This document shows positions 53,568 through 62,384 of a stretch of 64,000 nucleotides of DNA, one piece after another (position 1 is the first letter of the stretch; each line of letters begins with the position of its first letter). A program made the position numbers and the translations under genes. The notes under the pieces were generated by a model. That model was not told where the DNA came from, searched no databases, and saw nothing but the letters and a program-made list of their open reading frames with translations. Origin of the DNA: an uncultured Gemmatimonadales bacterium (lineage in GTDB: Bacteria; Gemmatimonadota; Gemmatimonadetes; Longimicrobiales; RSA9). The stretch is taken from NCBI GenBank assembly GCA_963816355.1, contig CAWFKH010000004.1:128001-192000 (forward strand), given 5' to 3'.

Positions 53568-56500
53568 TCACCGGAGGCCGCTCCACTTCCGCCGCGTGGC
53601 GTCGAGCCGCTTCGCGTAGTCCGCCCACACCTCCTCCACGCCCTGCGCCGGCGCCGCGTCCGCGCTCTGAGCGGCGGTGGCGAGCGACGTCAGGACGCCC
53701 GCGATCGTCGCCGTGCCGTCCGGTCCGTCGCGCAGCGCCTGCAGCCGCACCCGCCGCTCCGCCGACGCGCCGCTCGCGCGCAGCGCGGCGGCGATCGCGC
53801 TGTCCGTCGCGACCGCGACGGCGAGCGTGGAGTCGATCCGCATCGCGAGGCGGAGCTGCGCCGCGAGCGCGTCGCGCGAGACGTGGACGCGGGGATCCAT
53901 GCGCACCTCGAGCTGCTGCGTGTACTCCCGGCCGCCGACGCCCAGTGTCAGAGTGTACTCCCCCGGCAGGACAACGGGTCCCTCCGGCGTGAGCGGCGTG
54001 TCGCGCTGCCACACCGCAGCGATCGAGTAATCGTAGGAGAGCGCGCGTGGGCGCGGATAGCGCAGGTCCCACACGAAGCAATGCACGCCGGGCGTCGTCT
54101 CCAGGCGGGATGGCGAGCCGAGCCACCCACGCTCGAAGTAGCGCGTCGCGGGGAGCGCCTCCGCCGTATCCGCGCTCGAGAAGCGGCGAACCACCGCTCC
54201 CTCGGCGTCCCGGATCGTGAGCGTGAGCGGCGCCGCGGGCGCGGCGGCGAGCGCATAGTCGACGGTGGCGCCGGCGGGCGGGTTCTCGCCGAGCGGCGTC
54301 TCCGGCGGCCACGGCGTGTCCCGGTTCTCGTCGGCGCGGAGGCGCCACGCCGGGCGCGGCGCGAAGAGATGCGCGCTCGCGGCGGCGACGTCGCCGCTCC
54401 ACTGCCGGAGCGGGGAAAGGTCGTCGAGGATCCAGAGTCCTCGGCCCTGGGTGGCGGCGATCAGGTCGCCGTGCCGCACGGCGAGGTCGCGGACCGGCGT
54501 CGTCGGCAGGTCGAGGGTCAGCGGCCGCCAGGCGGCGCCGTCGTCGAGCGAGTAGTAGACGCTGCGGTTCGTCGCCGCGTAGAGCAGGCCGCGGCGCTCG
54601 GGGTCGGCGCGCACGGCGTTGACGTACTCGCCGGCGGGGAGTCCTGCGACGATCGTCGTCCAAGTACGGCCGCCGTCCGCCGTCTTCATCACGAGCGGCG
54701 CCATGCGGTCGATGCGGCGGAGGTTGACCGCGGCGTAGGCGGCGGCGGTGTCGAAGCGGGAGGGCTCCACGACGTCGACGCGGCCCCACGCCGGGAGCTG
54801 CGGCGGCGTGACGTTCGCCCAGTGGGCGCCGCCGTCGGCGGTGCGGCGGATCGTGCCGTCGTCGGTGCCGATCCAGATCACGCCGGCGTCGAGCGGCGAC
54901 AGGCCGATCGAGAAGATCACGCCGAAGCCGCAGTCGCGCGCGACGGCGTAGTCCGGGTCCGGCGCGTCGCAGCCCTTCGCATCCGCCTTCTTCGCGGAGA
55001 GGTCGGGCGAGACGGCGCGCCAGTGATCGCCATCGTCGTCGGAGCGGAAGAGGAGCTGGGCGCCGACGTAGAGCGGGTGCGGCGCGATCGGCGAATAGGC
55101 GAGCGGCGTGATCCAGGTGTAGCGGTACTTCACGCTGTTGGGCCGCTGGCCGTAGCTGGAGACGGGCCACGGCGAGACCTCGGTGCTCTGGCGCGTGACC
55201 TCGTCGAAGCGCGAGAGGTGGCCGCCGAGGCCGCTGCCGAGCACCGTGTCCGGCGCCTCCGGCTTCGGGATCATGTCGTCGCGCTCGTCCCCGCCGACCG
55301 GGTGCCAGTCGCGCAGCTCGATCGCGCCGTAGGGGCCGCGACTCGTGACGACCGCCGTGCCGTTGTCCTGCTGGCCGCTGTAGACGCGGTAGGGGAAGCG
55401 GTCGTCGACGCCGAGATGGTAGAACTGGCCGGTCGGCTGGTTGTACCAGCTCGACCAGCTCCGGCCCGCGTTCACCGTGACGATCGCGCCCTGGTCCGCG
55501 CCGGCCGCCAGGTGCGTCGTGTCCGTCGGATCGATCCACAGGTAGTGGAAGTCGTCGCCGCCGGGCGCGCCCCGGATGATGTCGAACGCGCGGCCGCCGT
55601 CCGTCGAGCGCCGGATCGACTGCCCCATCACGTACACCTCGTCCGCGTTCAGCGGGTTCACCGTCACGCGGCCGAAGTAGTCGGACGCCATCACGTCGGA
55701 ATCGTTCACGCGCGTCCAGCTCGCGCCGCCGTCGCCGGTGCGGTAGAGGCCGCTGCCGTCGCCGCCCACGTCCACGATGCTCGCGTAGACGACGTCGCCA
55801 CCCCTGCCTCTCGCCGCGGCCAGGCCAATGCGGCCGAGCGGGCCCGCCGGCAGGCCGCCGCCGCTCAGGCGCCGCCAGTGCGCGCCGCCGTCCTCGCTCT
55901 TCCAGATGGCGGAGCCGGGGCCGCCGCGCGGCTGGAAGTAGTCGAGCCACGGGTGCATCCGCATCTGCCACGTCGCGGCGTACACGACCTCCGGCCGCGT
56001 GTCGTCGCGGGCGAGGTCGACGGCGCCGGTGAGCGAGTCGACGCGCAGCACCGGCCGCCACGTCGCGCCGCCGTCGGTGGTGAGGTAGACGCCACGCTCC
56101 GGGTTCGGTCCGAACGCGTGCCCGAGCGCCGCGACCAGAACGCGGTCCGGGTCCCGGGGGCCGACCAGGACCGCGCCGATCTGCCGCGAATCGCGCAGTC
56201 CCACGTTGCGCCACGTCTCGCCCGCGTCGTTGGAGCGGTAAACGCCGTCACCCTCGATCAGGTCGTAGCGCGCCGCGACCTGTCCGGTGCCGGCGTAGAG
56301 GCGGTCCGGGTCCGACGGCGCCACGGCGAGCGCGCCGATCGCCGCCGCTCCCTCGTGCTGCAGGCGGCCCTGCCAGGTGCGGCCCGCATCGGTCGTCTTC
56401 CACACGCCGCCGCCCGCCGCGCCGAAGTAGAACGTGTTCGGCCGCTGCGGCACGCCCGCCGCGACGGTCGCCCAGCCGGCGCGGTAGGGGCCGATCAGCC

Positions 56501-56693
56501 GCCAGTGGAGGGCGGCGGCGGGATCGGGCGCGGCCTGCGCGGGCGGCGGTCCGGCGGACACGGCAGGCGACGTCGCGAGCGAGCGCGCCGGAACGTCCGC
56601 CGGCGGCGCCTGTGCTCGCCCTGCCGTCGCAGCGGATGCGAGCGCGGCGAGCGGGAGAAGCGTTCCGGCGAGGAGAGCGCGAAAAGTGGGCAT
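53568..56693 (-). CDS. BNR/Vps10-like beta-propeller (glycosyl hydrolase-like) secreted protein
   Basis: Repeated Asp-box S.DGG.TW, WR.IGP.RAG, QPTGQFY, QDNG, ATQGRG.WILDD. Confidence 0.85.
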   Translation of the reverse strand: MPTFRALLAGTLLPLAALASAATAGRAQAPPADVPARSLATSPAVSAGPPPAQAAPDPAAALHWRLIGPYRAGWATVAAGVPQRPNTFYFGAAGGGVWKTTDAGRTWQGRLQHEGAAAIGALAVAPSDPDRLYAGTGQVAARYDLIEGDGVYRSNDAGETWRNVGLRDSRQIGAVLVGPRDPDRVLVAALGHAFGPNPERGVYLTTDGGATWRPVLRVDSLTGAVDLARDDTRPEVVYAATWQMRMHPWLDYFQPRGGPGSAIWKSEDGGAHWRRLSGGGLPAGPLGRIGLAAARGRGGDVVYASIVDVGGDGSGLYRTGDGGASWTRVNDSDVMASDYFGRVTVNPLNADEVYVMGQSIRRSTDGGRAFDIIRGAPGGDDFHYLWIDPTDTTHLAAGADQGAIVTVNAGRSWSSWYNQPTGQFYHLGVDDRFPYRVYSGQQDNGTAVVTSRGPYGAIELRDWHPVGGDERDDMIPKPEAPDTVLGSGLGGHLSRFDEVTRQSTEVSPWPVSSYGQRPNSVKYRYTWITPLAYSPIAPHPLYVGAQLLFRSDDDGDHWRAVSPDLSAKKADAKGCDAPDPDYAVARDCGFGVIFSIGLSPLDAGVIWIGTDDGTIRRTADGGAHWANVTPPQLPAWGRVDVVEPSRFDTAAAYAAVNLRRIDRMAPLVMKTADGGRTWTTIVAGLPAGEYVNAVRADPERRGLLYAATNRSVYYSLDDGAAWRPLTLDLPTTPVRDLAVRHGDLIAATQGRGLWILDDLSPLRQWSGDVAAASAHLFAPRPAWRLRADENRDTPWPPETPLGENPPAGATVDYALAAAPAAPLTLTIRDAEGAVVRRFSSADTAEALPATRYFERGWLGSPSRLETTPGVHCFVWDLRYPRPRALSYDYSIAAVWQRDTPLTPEGPVVLPGEYTLTLGVGGREYTQQLEVRMDPRVHVSRDALAAQLRLAMRIDSTLAVAVATDSAIAAALRASGASAERRVRLQALRDGPDGTATIAGVLTSLATAAQSADAAPAQGVEEVWADYAKRLDATRRKWSGLR

Positions 56694-56724
56694 CGAGCGT
56701 TTGCCTCGGAGAATGGGGGGTGGC

Positions 56725-57979
56725 CTACTTCACGATGAACCAGTAGGCGACGGTGGCGGTGAACACGAGGGCGAGCGCGAGCCCGATCGCCTGCAGCACG
56801 ACGAGGCGGCCGCGGGCCCGGCCGCCACCCTCGAGCGCGTCGGTGCGGCGGATCCCGCTCCTTGTGAGGTCGTAGATCCAGCCGAGGACGAGGACGATCG
56901 GGAAGGCGCCGAGGGTGAGGAACACGAGGACCGGGTAGACCCAGGCGGGCAGCGGCAGCGCCGGCAGCACGAGGTCCGCCGCCTGCAGCACGATGAAGGC
57001 GACCGCCAGATAGAGGATGGCGACGTTGACGACGCGCCGCCGCCGCAGCTCCTCGAGGAAGGAGGCGAGCACGGGGAGCCCCCGCAGGGCGCCGACGACC
57101 ACGTCGTCGGAGGCGGAGGGGGCGGCGCGGGCGTCGCGCAGGCCCTCCAGCCGCTGCGCGACGGTGGCGGCGGAGGGGCGGTGCCTCGGCTCCTTCGCGA
57201 GGCAGCGGAGGAGGAGGTCGGCGAGGCGCGGGTCGGCACCGTCCATCATGTCGCGAAGGTCGCGCGGCGTCTGCTGCACGTGCGCGAACCCGAGCTGCGC
57301 GGTGGCGGGGACGCGGTACGGCTGCTCGCCGGTGAGCAGCTCGTAGGCGAGGATGCCTAAGCTGTAGACGTCGGTCTCGGTGGTGAGCTGCGCGCCGGTG
57401 AGCTGCTCCGGGCTCATGTGCGTCGGATCGCCGAGCAGCTGGCCCTCCCGCGTCAAACGCGTCGCGGCTTCGGAGCCGGTCTCGAGGATGCCGGCGATGC
57501 CGAAGTCCGAGAGCACCGCGCGACCCGACTGCGCGTCGCAGAGCACGTTCGCGGGCCGCACGTCGCGGTGGATCACGCCCTGCGCGTGCGCGGCGGCGAG
57601 CGCCCCGGCGACCTGCGCGAGCACGTCCAGCGCCGCGTCGTAGCGCCAGCGGCCCTTCCGCCTTGAGCAGCTCGGCGGCGGTGCGGCCGTCGACGTACTC
57701 CATGACGATGAACGGCGTGCCGTCCGCGGTGCGGCCGATCCGATGGATCGCGACGACGGAGGGGTGCGAGACGCGCGCGGCGGCGAGCGCCTCGCGCTCG
57801 AAGCGGCGCCGGACGACGGTGTCGCTGGCGAGCGCCTCGAGCGGGACCTTGATCGCCACGAGGCGGTGAAGGGCGACGTCGCGGGCGAGAAAGACGCTCC
57901 CCATCGAGCCGGAGTCGAGCGCTCGAATCAGCTCGTAGTCGGGCGCGACCGCCTCGCGCAGCGCCGCCTCGACGCTCAT
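56725..57979 (-). pseudogene. Ser/Thr protein kinase with C-terminal membrane module, frameshifted near 57643
   Basis: N-lobe (GSMGSVF, VAIKV, RFERE, IVMEYVDG) and C-lobe (HRDVRPAN, DFG, MSPEQ, DVYSLG) in different frames; one extra base in ctg gcg c tac. Confidence 0.78.
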
Positions 57980-58128
57980 CGCGGCGGCCGGGACGCGGCG
58001 CGGCGCGGCGGCCGGGACGCGGCGCGGCGCGGCGGCTGCGAGGCGCGCGCCGGAACCGTCATCCTTGTGGCGACGGAAGCGTCGGGTCCATGTTGGATCA
58101 TCCCGCTCCCTCTGCAGGAGGTCGACCG

Positions 58129-58551
58129 ATGAAGGCCTCGCTTCCCTGGGTTCTCCTCGCCGCGCTCGGCGCGGCTGCGTGCCAGACGCGCGCGCCGGGC
58201 GGCAATCCGCCGATCACCATCAACGTGACGTGTCCCGCGAACGGCCCGGTCACCGCGACGGTCGGCGAGTGGCGCCACCCCGTGCCACAGGGCGACGCGG
58301 TGACGTGGAAGCTCGGCGGCAACGGCTCCACGTCGCTGACGATCACGCCGAAAGATACGGCGCAGTGGCCATTCGCGAACCGGCGCCCGTCCGGCGGCCC
58401 CAATGCCGACGTCACGAGCGGACCGATGCAGGCGAACACGCAGGTGGGCACGGTGGTGCGGTACGGCCTCGAGGTGGCGTGCGACACGATCACGGTGGCG
58501 ATCGACCCGGAGCTGATCGTCGTGGGCCACGGCGGGAGCTCGGCGCAGTAG
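58129..58551 (+). CDS. Small hypothetical lipoprotein
   Basis: GGAGG RBS, lipobox AAAC, GD.V.W and Y......IDP pattern. Confidence 0.65.
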   Translation: MKASLPWVLLAALGAAACQTRAPGGNPPITINVTCPANGPVTATVGEWRHPVPQGDAVTWKLGGNGSTSLTITPKDTAQWPFANRRPSGGPNADVTSGPMQANTQVGTVVRYGLEVACDTITVAIDPELIVVGHGGSSAQ

Positions 58552-58624
58552 CACGCGGCGGTCGGGCCGCGGCTCCGGCCGGCCGGACGGGCGCCGCCCC
58601 CGAGGCGGTCGGCCGCGCACTACC

Positions 58625-60958
58625 TCAGCGGGCGGCGGAGCCGCCGCGGATCGCGGAGGCGCGCCGCTCGGCGTCGGCCGCGTCGGCGTCGCGGCCCGCC
58701 GCGCGGAGCATGCGCGCGTAATCGTCGAGTCCGTCGGCAAGGCTGGGATCGCTCGATCCGCGCGCGCTCTCGATCACGCGGAGCGCGCGCTGGTAGAGCG
58801 GCTCGGCGGCGGCGAAGCGGCGCTGATCGCGCAGCACGTTGGCGAGACCGACCAGCGTGGTGCCGATCGACGGATTGTCGGGCGCGAACCGCTGCTCCTT
58901 CATCCGCAGCACATCGCGGAAGACCTGCTCCGCCTCGTCGAGACGGCCGTTCTTCTCGTACACCTCCGCGAGATTGTTCAGGACCATCAGCCGGCTCGGA
59001 TCATCGGGCGAGACGGCGTCGTAGATGTCGCGGGCGCGCTCGTAGGCGCGCTGCGCGGCCTCGTACTTCCCTTCCATGAAGTAGAGGATGCCCAGGTTGT
59101 TCATGCCCGCCGCGATGTCGGGTGAGTTGGGGGGGAGCACCTTCTCACGGATCGCTACGGCGCGCTCGATGTACGGCCTCGCGTCGGCGAAGCGGCGCTG
59201 GGACCAGTACAACCCGTACAGGTGGTCGAGCGAGACCGCGACCGCGGCGGAGGAATCGCCGAACAGCTCGGTGCGCAGGCTCAGCGCCTCCCGGAGTGGC
59301 GGCTCGGCGTCCGCATATCGGCCCACCACTAGGTAGAGGCCGCCGAGCTGGTCGAGCGCGGTCGCGAGCTGCTGGCTGTCGCGCGGCAGGCCGCGGCGCC
59401 CGAGCTCGACGGCGCGGCGGAGCAGCGGCTCGGCGCGGTCGTAGTTGCCCTGTTGCCGGTAGAGCGTGCCGAGCCGCTCCAGGCCGATCGCGAGGTCGGC
59501 GTCGTCGCCGTTCTGCCGGTCGAGCGTGACGGCGCGCTCGAGGAGCGGCTGCGCGTCGGCGTAGAGGCCGAGCTCGCGGTAGACATCGCCGATCGTGCGC
59601 TCCAGCCGCGCCTGCACCACCGGCTGATCGCCTAGCTCGGCGCTGATCTTCTCCGCGCCGCGGTCGAGGATCTCGCGCGCGGTGATCGTGTTGCCGCGCG
59701 ACTCGCTCGGGTCGTTCACCTGAAAGAGGGAGACGAGGAAGTCCGAGACGTGGCGCGCCGTCTCCGCTTCGCGCACCGCTTCCGCCTGCGCCCGGCGGGC
59801 GCGCACCATGCCGAACGTGGTGGCGGCGCCGCCGGCGAGGACGGCGAACGCCGCCACGCCGGCCGCGAGGACGACGTTGCGGTTGCGGCGCACGAACTTG
59901 CCGAGGCGGTAGCGGGCGCTGGGCGGGCGCGCGAGGATCGGCTCGGCGGCGAGGTGGCGTCCGATGTCGAGCGCCATCTCGTTGGCGGTGTCGTAGCGCC
60001 GCGTGCGGTCCTTGTCCATCGCCTTGAGGACGATCCAGTCGAGATCGCCGCGGATGCGGCGCTCGAGCTGCGCAGTGGCCATCGAACGGTGGCGGGCGAT
60101 CGCGTCGGAGGTCGGCGGCGGGAGCAGCGCCAGGCGGGTGCCGGGCGCCGGCGTCTCGCGCTCGCGCAGGGCATACGGCACGGTGCCGGCCGGCTTCGAC
60201 TGCAGGTCGAAGGGGAGCACGCCGACGAGCAGCTCGTAGAGCATGACGCCGAGCGAGTAGATGTCGGTGCGCGTGTCGACGTCGAGCCCCGACATCTCCG
60301 CCTGCTCCGGGCTCATGTACTCCGGGGTGCCGACCATCTGGCCGAGGCGCGTGACGAGCGTGTGATCGGTGAGGCCCTGTCCCATCGCCTTCGCGATGCC
60401 GAAATCGATCACCTTCACGACCGGCTTCGCCTCGCGCACGGTGACGAGCACGTTCGAAGGCTTCAGATCGCGGTGGATCACGCTCTTCTGGTGGGCGTGC
60501 TGCACGGCGGCGCAGACGTCCATGAAGAGGCGCAGGCGCGCGTCCACGTCGAGCCTGTGCGTGTCCGCGTACGCGGTGATCGGCGTGCCCTGCACCAGCT
60601 CCATCACGAAGTACGGTCGCCCGGTCGCCGTCGCGCCGCCGTCGAACACTTTCGCGATGTTCGGGTGGTCCATCACCGCGAGCGCCTGCCGCTCCGACTC
60701 GAAGCGGGCGACCACCTGCTTCGTGTCCATCCCCAGCTTGATGATCTTCAGCGCCACGCGGCGGCGTACCGGCGCGGCCTGCTCGGCGAGGTAGACCATC
60801 CCCATGCCGCCCTCGCCGAGGACGTCCAGGATGCGGTACGCACCGATGTGGTCGGGGACGTCGTCGAGAAAGGCGGCGCCGGAGGCGGCGGAGGGCAGCG
60901 GATCAGGGACGCCGCCGGAATCCGTCACCGGTGCTCGGTCAGAGTCGGATTCGGGCAT
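58625..60958 (-). CDS. Ser/Thr protein kinase with TM helix and TPR repeats
   Basis: LGEGGMG.VY, VALK, HRDLKPSN, DFG, GTPEYMSPEQ, RGDLDWI; C-terminal TPRs. Confidence 0.93.
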   Translation of the reverse strand: MPESDSDRAPVTDSGGVPDPLPSAASGAAFLDDVPDHIGAYRILDVLGEGGMGMVYLAEQAAPVRRRVALKIIKLGMDTKQVVARFESERQALAVMDHPNIAKVFDGGATATGRPYFVMELVQGTPITAYADTHRLDVDARLRLFMDVCAAVQHAHQKSVIHRDLKPSNVLVTVREAKPVVKVIDFGIAKAMGQGLTDHTLVTRLGQMVGTPEYMSPEQAEMSGLDVDTRTDIYSLGVMLYELLVGVLPFDLQSKPAGTVPYALRERETPAPGTRLALLPPPTSDAIARHRSMATAQLERRIRGDLDWIVLKAMDKDRTRRYDTANEMALDIGRHLAAEPILARPPSARYRLGKFVRRNRNVVLAAGVAAFAVLAGGAATTFGMVRARRAQAEAVREAETARHVSDFLVSLFQVNDPSESRGNTITAREILDRGAEKISAELGDQPVVQARLERTIGDVYRELGLYADAQPLLERAVTLDRQNGDDADLAIGLERLGTLYRQQGNYDRAEPLLRRAVELGRRGLPRDSQQLATALDQLGGLYLVVGRYADAEPPLREALSLRTELFGDSSAAVAVSLDHLYGLYWSQRRFADARPYIERAVAIREKVLPPNSPDIAAGMNNLGILYFMEGKYEAAQRAYERARDIYDAVSPDDPSRLMVLNNLAEVYEKNGRLDEAEQVFRDVLRMKEQRFAPDNPSIGTTLVGLANVLRDQRRFAAAEPLYQRALRVIESARGSSDPSLADGLDDYARMLRAAGRDADAADAERRASAIRGGSAAR

Positions 60959-61059
60959 CGGTCGCCTTGCGGGAGAGAATCACTGTATGGTTTCACACCC
61001 GCGGCGCCGCTGTCAACGAGCGTCGCGAGCGATCGGACGACCGCGCGACCCGCGCCGCC

Positions 61060-61560
61060 TCATTCGAGGCCGTGCTCGACCCTCTCCTCGGGGACGTGGC
61101 GGACGTGCGGGAAGCGATCGATGATGCGGACGCACGTGTTCCAGCGCAGGATGGCGTCGTCGTTGTCGGGCGGACGCACGCGTTCGGCTCGCTCGAAGCA
61201 CTCCATGGCGCGCCGCAACTGGTTGTACGCCTCGCCGCCGCTGCCGGGCGCGCCGCGGCGCAGCAGCGCCTTCGCGTGGCGCTCGTGGAGGATCCCCTCG
61301 TAGTAGGCGCGCTCGTAGTCGCCGTCGAGCTCACCGAGAAGGCGCACCGCTTCGGCGACGACGCCGCCCCCCTCCTCCCCGATGCGGTCCGAGAGCGCGA
61401 GCACGAGCGTGATGTGGGCGCGGCGATTGCCCGGATCGACGGCGAGGACGTCCCGGCAGATGCTGTCGGCCTCCGCCGGCTCGTTCAGCAGGCGGTAGTG
61501 CTCCGCCTTCGCGAGCGCGGCGTCGATCCCCGCGGGCGACAGCTTCTTCAGTTCGGACAT
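61060..61560 (-). CDS. Conserved hypothetical helical protein
   Basis: KAEHYRLLNEP..A.SICRDVL, YY.G..HER, DA.LRWNTC; directly downstream of the Fe-S subunit. Confidence 0.75.
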   Translation of the reverse strand: MSELKKLSPAGIDAALAKAEHYRLLNEPAEADSICRDVLAVDPGNRRAHITLVLALSDRIGEEGGGVVAEAVRLLGELDGDYERAYYEGILHERHAKALLRRGAPGSGGEAYNQLRRAMECFERAERVRPPDNDDAILRWNTCVRIIDRFPHVRHVPEERVEHGLE

Positions 61561-61567
61561 CGAGGCC

Positions 61568-62359
61568 TCACGGGAGGGAAGTGGGCGGCGGCGGCGCGGG
61601 GACGGCCTTGCGCGTCGGGCGCCGCACGAGCCGGACGAGGCGCGCGACCGGGTCGTATGCCCGGTCGACGACGCGCTCCTTCAGCGGGATGATCGCGTTG
61701 TCCGTGATCGTGATGTTCTCCGGGCAGACGCGCGTGCAGCACTTCGTGATGTTGCAGTAGCCGATGCCGTGATGCTCGCGCAGGTCGTCGCGGCGGTCCT
61801 CGACATCGAGCGGGTGCATCTCGAGCGCGGCGGTGTGGACGAGGAAGCGCGGCCCGATGAAGCTGTCGTGGCGGTGATGCTCCCGCAGCACGTGGCAGAC
61901 GTCCTGGCAGAGGAAGCACTCGATGCACTTGCGGAACTCCATCACGCGGTCGACGTCGCGCTGGTCCATCCGCCAGGTGCCGTCGGGCGCGTCCGGCGCC
62001 CGCGGATGGAACGGCTTGATGCGGCGCTTCACGTCGTAGTTCCACGAGACGTCCGTGACCAGGTCGCGCAGCAGCGGAAACGCCTTCATCGGCTCGATGC
62101 GGACCGGCTTCTCGAGCGGTAGCTGGTTGAGCCGCGTCATGCACATGAGGCGCGGCATGCCGTTCACCTCCGCGGAGCAGGAGCCGCACTTCCCCGCCTT
62201 GCAGTTCCATCGCACCGCGAGGTCGTGCGCCTGCTCGGCCTGGATGCGATGCACCGCATCGAGCACCACCATGCCGGCCGAGATCTCCGTCTCGTAGGAG
62301 CGGAACTCGCCGCCGCCCGCGTCGCCCCGCCAGATCTCGAACGTCGCCGTCGTCATCAC
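61568..62359 (-). CDS. sdhB: Succinate dehydrogenase/fumarate reductase iron-sulfur subunit
   Basis: CKAGKCGSC, CIECFLCQDVC, CNITKCCTRVCP. Confidence 0.9.
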   Translation of the reverse strand: MMTTATFEIWRGDAGGGEFRSYETEISAGMVVLDAVHRIQAEQAHDLAVRWNCKAGKCGSCSAEVNGMPRLMCMTRLNQLPLEKPVRIEPMKAFPLLRDLVTDVSWNYDVKRRIKPFHPRAPDAPDGTWRMDQRDVDRVMEFRKCIECFLCQDVCHVLREHHRHDSFIGPRFLVHTAALEMHPLDVEDRRDDLREHHGIGYCNITKCCTRVCPENITITDNAIIPLKERVVDRAYDPVARLVRLVRRPTRKAVPAPPPPTSLP

Positions 62360-62384
62360 GCGTCTCTCCTCGCCGGACGCCGCA

